A stretch of 64,000 bases of DNA from Gammaproteobacteria bacterium (GTDB lineage Bacteria > Pseudomonadota > Gammaproteobacteria > Eutrophobiales > Eutrophobiaceae). This document shows, one piece after another, positions 60,689 through 64,000 of the stretch. The notes beneath the pieces were generated by a model. It saw nothing but the letters and a program-made list of their open reading frames with translations, did not search any database and was not told the DNA's origin. The stretch is taken from NCBI GenBank assembly GCA_965222155.1, contig CBDCTH010000012.1, forward strand, positions 1,408,001-1,472,000, given 5' to 3'. The position numbers and the translations under genes were made by a program. Positions within the stretch are counted from its first letter, which is position 1. Each line of letters begins with the position of its first letter.

Positions 60689-61927
60689 TCAGATATGCTT
60701 CAAAATAATACACCCGTTAGTGCCGCCGAAACCAAATGAATTGGACATAACACAGTTCAATTCCATGTCACGCGCCTCATGGGGCACATAATCCAGATCA
60801 CAGTCCGGATCGGGATTATCCAGATTAATGGTGGGCGGCGCTACCTGATTGCGTAGGGCCAGGGCGCAGAATACGGCTTCTACGCTGCCGGCAGCTCCAA
60901 GCATGTGGCCACACATGGATTTCGTGGAACTGAGAGCCAATTGCTTTGCATGTTCGCCAAAAGCGTGTTTGACTGCATTACTTTCGATAGCATCACCGGC
61001 CGGTGTCGAAGTGCCGTGGGCATTGATATAGTCAATCCTTGTTTTGTCGATGCATGCGTTATTGAGTGCATTCTCCATACATCGTACCGCACCTTCGCCA
61101 TCTTCTGAGGGGGCAGTCATATGATAGGCATCTCCACTCATACCAAATCCGATGATTTCAGCATACACATTGGCGCCCCTGGACCTGGCATGTTCGTATT
61201 CCTCAAGCACTATCGCTCCTGCGCCGTCACTTAAAACAAATCCATCCCGGTCTCTGTCCCAGGGTCGACTGGCCTTCTCCGGCTCGTCATTACGTGTTGA
61301 TAATGCTTTTGCGTTGGCAAACCCGGCCAGGGAGGTGGGCGACGATGCATTCTCAGCCCCGCCGGCAACCATTACATCAGCATCGCCATATTCTATGACT
61401 CGGGCCGCATCGCCTATGTTATGAGTACCGGTTGCGCATGCCGTAACAATGCAGAAGTTAGGCCCCTTAAAACCATAACGGATTGACAGGTTCCCGGAAA
61501 TCATATTGATGATATTACTGGGCACGTAGAAAGGCGATATTTTTCTGGGACCGCTATTCAGAATACTCTCAGTCCCTTTTTCTATACCGGAGATACCGCC
61601 TATACCTGAACCGATAGCGGCGCCGACCCGATGCGGGTTGACATCATTCACATCTATCCCGGCATCTTCCACCGCCTGGATTCCTGCCGCCATACCGTAA
61701 TGTATGAAGGCGCTCATTTTTTTTTGTTCTTTTTTTGGAATATAGGAATCCAGTTCAAAATTTTTTATCGAACCGGAGAACCTGACCGGAAAGGTGCTTG
61801 CATCAAAGTTCGTAATCGCAGAAATCCCGCTTTTACCCGCTAAAATATTATTCCAGGATTCCTCTACGCTATTTCCCAGAGGAGTAACCAGACCGATCCC
61901 GGTAATGACAACCCTTCGCCTGTTCAC
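60689..61927 (-). CDS. fabF: 3-oxoacyl-ACP synthase II
   Basis: [30 protein letters not shown]. Confidence 0.96.
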   Translation of the reverse strand: MNRRRVVITGIGLVTPLGNSVEESWNNILAGKSGISAITNFDASTFPVRFSGSIKNFELDSYIPKKEQKKMSAFIHYGMAAGIQAVEDAGIDVNDVNPHRVGAAIGSGIGGISGIEKGTESILNSGPRKISPFYVPSNIINMISGNLSIRYGFKGPNFCIVTACATGTHNIGDAARVIEYGDADVMVAGGAENASSPTSLAGFANAKALSTRNDEPEKASRPWDRDRDGFVLSDGAGAIVLEEYEHARSRGANVYAEIIGFGMSGDAYHMTAPSEDGEGAVRCMENALNNACIDKTRIDYINAHGTSTPAGDAIESNAVKHAFGEHAKQLALSSTKSMCGHMLGAAGSVEAVFCALALRNQVAPPTINLDNPDPDCDLDYVPHEARDMELNCVMSNSFGFGGTNGCIILKHI

Positions 61928-61955
61928 TGTTTGGGAGATATTTATCGGATGTACG

Positions 61956-61993
61956 AAAAAAGGCCGCTTAAGGTCAATCCGTCAAGCGGCCTT
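61956..61993 (-). terminator. Intrinsic terminator downstream of acpP
   Basis: Minus strand AAGGCCGCTT...AAGCGGCCTTTTTT. Confidence 0.75.
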
Positions 61994-62015
61994 ATCAAGG
62001 ACTTATTTACGGCAG

Positions 62016-62252
62016 TTATTCAAGATGTGTATCAATATAGTCGATAGCCTGTTGCACAGTTGTTATCTTTTCTGCATCCTCATCAGGTATTTCAATCTTA
62101 AATTCCTCTTCCAGGGCCATTACCAATTCAACTGTATCGAGCGAATCTGCCCCAAGGTCATCAACAAATGATGCTTCACTGGTAACTTCTTCCTCTTTAA
62201 CCCCCAGTTGCTCTACGATGATTTTCATCACTCGATCTTCAACATTGCTCAT
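62016..62252 (-). CDS. acpP: Acyl carrier protein
   Basis: [20 protein letters not shown]. Confidence 0.98.
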   Translation of the reverse strand: MSNVEDRVMKIIVEQLGVKEEEVTSEASFVDDLGADSLDTVELVMALEEEFKIEIPDEDAEKITTVQQAIDYIDTHLE

Positions 62253-62439
62253 GTGATATATCCTCCTTCCGCGGTACTAAGACCAAAAGCGGGTGTACGA
62301 TAAGCTAAATATTCCCTGCTTTCAAGTTATTTTTCTTAATCAAAAAAACAGCTCTTAATGAATAACGCACTATATTATAGCTCCATTACATTAGAAAAAT
62401 CCACCAAAATACTCCTTCACCAGTTCTATCCGGCAACAG

Positions 62440-62524
62440 ATATTTGGGGTCAGAGTAAAATTCCTGTGTTTGGATTCCTGCTTCCGCAGGAATGGTTCGG
62501 GGTTTTTACTCTGACCCCAAATAT
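62440..62524. repeat. REP-like inverted doublet, GGGGTCAGAGTAAA family (copy 2), with nested hairpin
   Basis: ATATTTGGGGTCAGAGTAAAA ... TTTTACTCTGACCCCAAATAT (21/21); inner ATTCCTGC-TTCC-GCAGGAAT near 62474-62493. Confidence 0.9.
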
Positions 62525-62552
62525 TACCGGAACAGCCGGCGCGGTCTGCCGC

Positions 62553-63302
62553 TCACGCCATATACATTCCACCATTTACGTTCAGGACTTCGCCGGTTAT
62601 ATAGCCGGAAACCGGGGAAGCGATAAACTCAACGGCATGTGCGATGTCTTCAGCAAGACCGAGCCGCCCCAGCGGGATTTGAGCTAGTAATTTTTCCCGT
62701 TGCTCGGCGGCAAGACCCGCCGTCATGTCCGTTTCTATAAAACCCGGAGCTATACAGTTGACTGTGATGTTCCGACTGCCAATTTCTTTGGCCAGTGCAC
62801 GGGTAAAACCAATTATCCCCGATTTGGCCGCAACATAATTTGTTTGCCCGGGGTTCCCCGACAGGGCTACGACAGAAGTGATATTGATAATCCGGCCGTA
62901 GCGCGCTTTTAACATATTGCGCAGGCATAATTTACATAGACGATAAACCGAGTTCAGATTGGTATCGATAACTTCATCCCATTCCTGCTGTTTCATTCTC
63001 ATTATTAAATTATCCCGGGTAATACCTGCATTATTAACCAGGATAGAAGGCGTTATATCAGCTGCATTCAAGGACTCGTTCAACAGGGCTACTGATTCAT
63101 TTGCGCTTATGTCCAATACGAAGCCCCTGCCATTTATTTCAGTCTCTACGAAGGACTCCTCAATCCTGGCTGCGCCTTCTTCAGTTGTTGCCGTGCCCGC
63201 GATATAGGCGCCTGACCGGCCCAGTCGTTCAGCGATTGCCTTTCCAATTCCCCTGCTCGCTCCCGTTACAAGAGCGACTTGATCTTTGAGATGAATATTC
63301 AT
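62553..63302 (-). CDS. fabG: 3-oxoacyl-ACP reductase
   Basis: TGASRGIG, NNAGITRD, YVAAK, PGFIETDM; synteny. Confidence 0.95.
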   Translation of the reverse strand: MNIHLKDQVALVTGASRGIGKAIAERLGRSGAYIAGTATTEEGAARIEESFVETEINGRGFVLDISANESVALLNESLNAADITPSILVNNAGITRDNLIMRMKQQEWDEVIDTNLNSVYRLCKLCLRNMLKARYGRIINITSVVALSGNPGQTNYVAAKSGIIGFTRALAKEIGSRNITVNCIAPGFIETDMTAGLAAEQREKLLAQIPLGRLGLAEDIAHAVEFIASPVSGYITGEVLNVNGGMYMA

Positions 63303-63329
63303 AATAAACTTATCCACATGTGGCGCGGA

Positions 63330-64000
63330 TTATATTGACAATGCAGCGTTCAGAGACTCCGTATCGGAAACAGTGCTACAAGTTATGTTTTTATCTATAC
63401 GCCGGGTCAGACTGCTGAGCACCTTGCCGGGGCCACATTCTATCATCCTGGCGATGCCGTGTTGTTGCATTGCAGCTATGCACTTTGACCACATGACGGC
63501 CTGATGTAACTGTAACACCAAGGCTTGCTTAATCTCATCAGGATCTGTACGAGCCCGAGCATCTATATTTTGCACAACCGGAATAGCCGCAGGTGAAAAA
63601 TTAATCTCATTGACGCGTAGTTGCAGCTTGTCAGCAGCGGGGGCCATTAATTGGCAATGGGACGGCACGCTGACCGTTAACGGTGTAATCCGCTTCGCTC
63701 CTGTTGCTTTTGCCAGTTCACAGGCACGCTCTACCGCCCTGGCAGTACCGGCAATGACCACCTGTCCCGGAAAATTAAAATTAGCCGCCGATACGACTTC
63801 ATCTTGTGCTGTCCTGGAGCATATATCAATCACTGCGTCATCATTCAGCCCGGAAATAGCCGCCATCGACCCCGCACCGCGAGGTACGGCTTGCTGCATA
63901 ATCCGTCCTCGTTCCGACACCAGTCCGACTGCATCGGTAAAATCCATAACCCCGGCACAAACCAGGGCCGTATACTCTCCCAGGCTATGACCGGCCAGGA
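63330..64000 (-). CDS. fabD: Malonyl-CoA:ACP transacylase (5' part outside window)
   Basis: LAGHSLGEY at the window edge, ANFNFPGQVVI, VSVPSHC, ECGPGKVL. Confidence 0.95.
   Translation of the reverse strand, partial: LAGHSLGEYTALVCAGVMDFTDAVGLVSERGRIMQQAVPRGAGSMAAISGLNDDAVIDICSRTAQDEVVSAANFNFPGQVVIAGTARAVERACELAKATGAKRITPLTVSVPSHCQLMAPAADKLQLRVNEINFSPAAIPVVQNIDARARTDPDEIKQALVLQLHQAVMWSKCIAAMQQHGIARMIECGPGKVLSSLTRRIDKNITCSTVSDTESLNAALSI

Noticed and set aside
1-64000. CRISPR array, rRNA or tRNA genes
   Set aside because: No regularly spaced repeat-spacer pattern and no tRNA/rRNA-like sequence seen in the intergenic regions.

Overview
A 64-kb chromosomal segment of a gammaproteobacterium-like organism (fabD-fabG-acpP-fabF-pabC-mltG-tmk-holB-tatD gene order) that appears to span the replication terminus. 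A near-consensus XerCD dif site lies at 42704-42731; gene orientation and the KOPS octamers I spotted converge on it. Left to right: (1) 1-20 kb, a sugar/glycoside locus (PQQ dehydrogenase-cytochrome c, MFS, Gfo/Idh/MocA, three xylose-isomerase-like TIM barrels, TonB-dependent receptor, Tat-exported GMC dehydrogenase pair, xylB, xylA) with no recognisable glycoside hydrolase and an embedded Tm-1-like/TIM-barrel/cupin triad of unknown function; (2) 20.4-22.5 kb, a decayed chimeric junction of an M28 peptidase and an LLM oxidoreductase; (3) 22.8-39.4 kb, N-methylglutamate pathway genes (mgsABC, gmaS) followed by an MFS, a TonB-dependent receptor and four exported amidohydrolases; (4) 39.4-50.6 kb, a dif-proximal accessory zone (AAA-DUF4143, orphan antitoxin with a dead toxin stub, Uma2, Fic, EndoQ) containing three MITEs with visible target-site duplications, each carrying nested REP-like hairpins; (5) 50.7-56.2 kb, aromatic/PLP catabolic genes; (6) housekeeping genes. 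All protein calls come from motif recognition by eye; no database search was run. No rRNA, tRNA or CRISPR array was seen.
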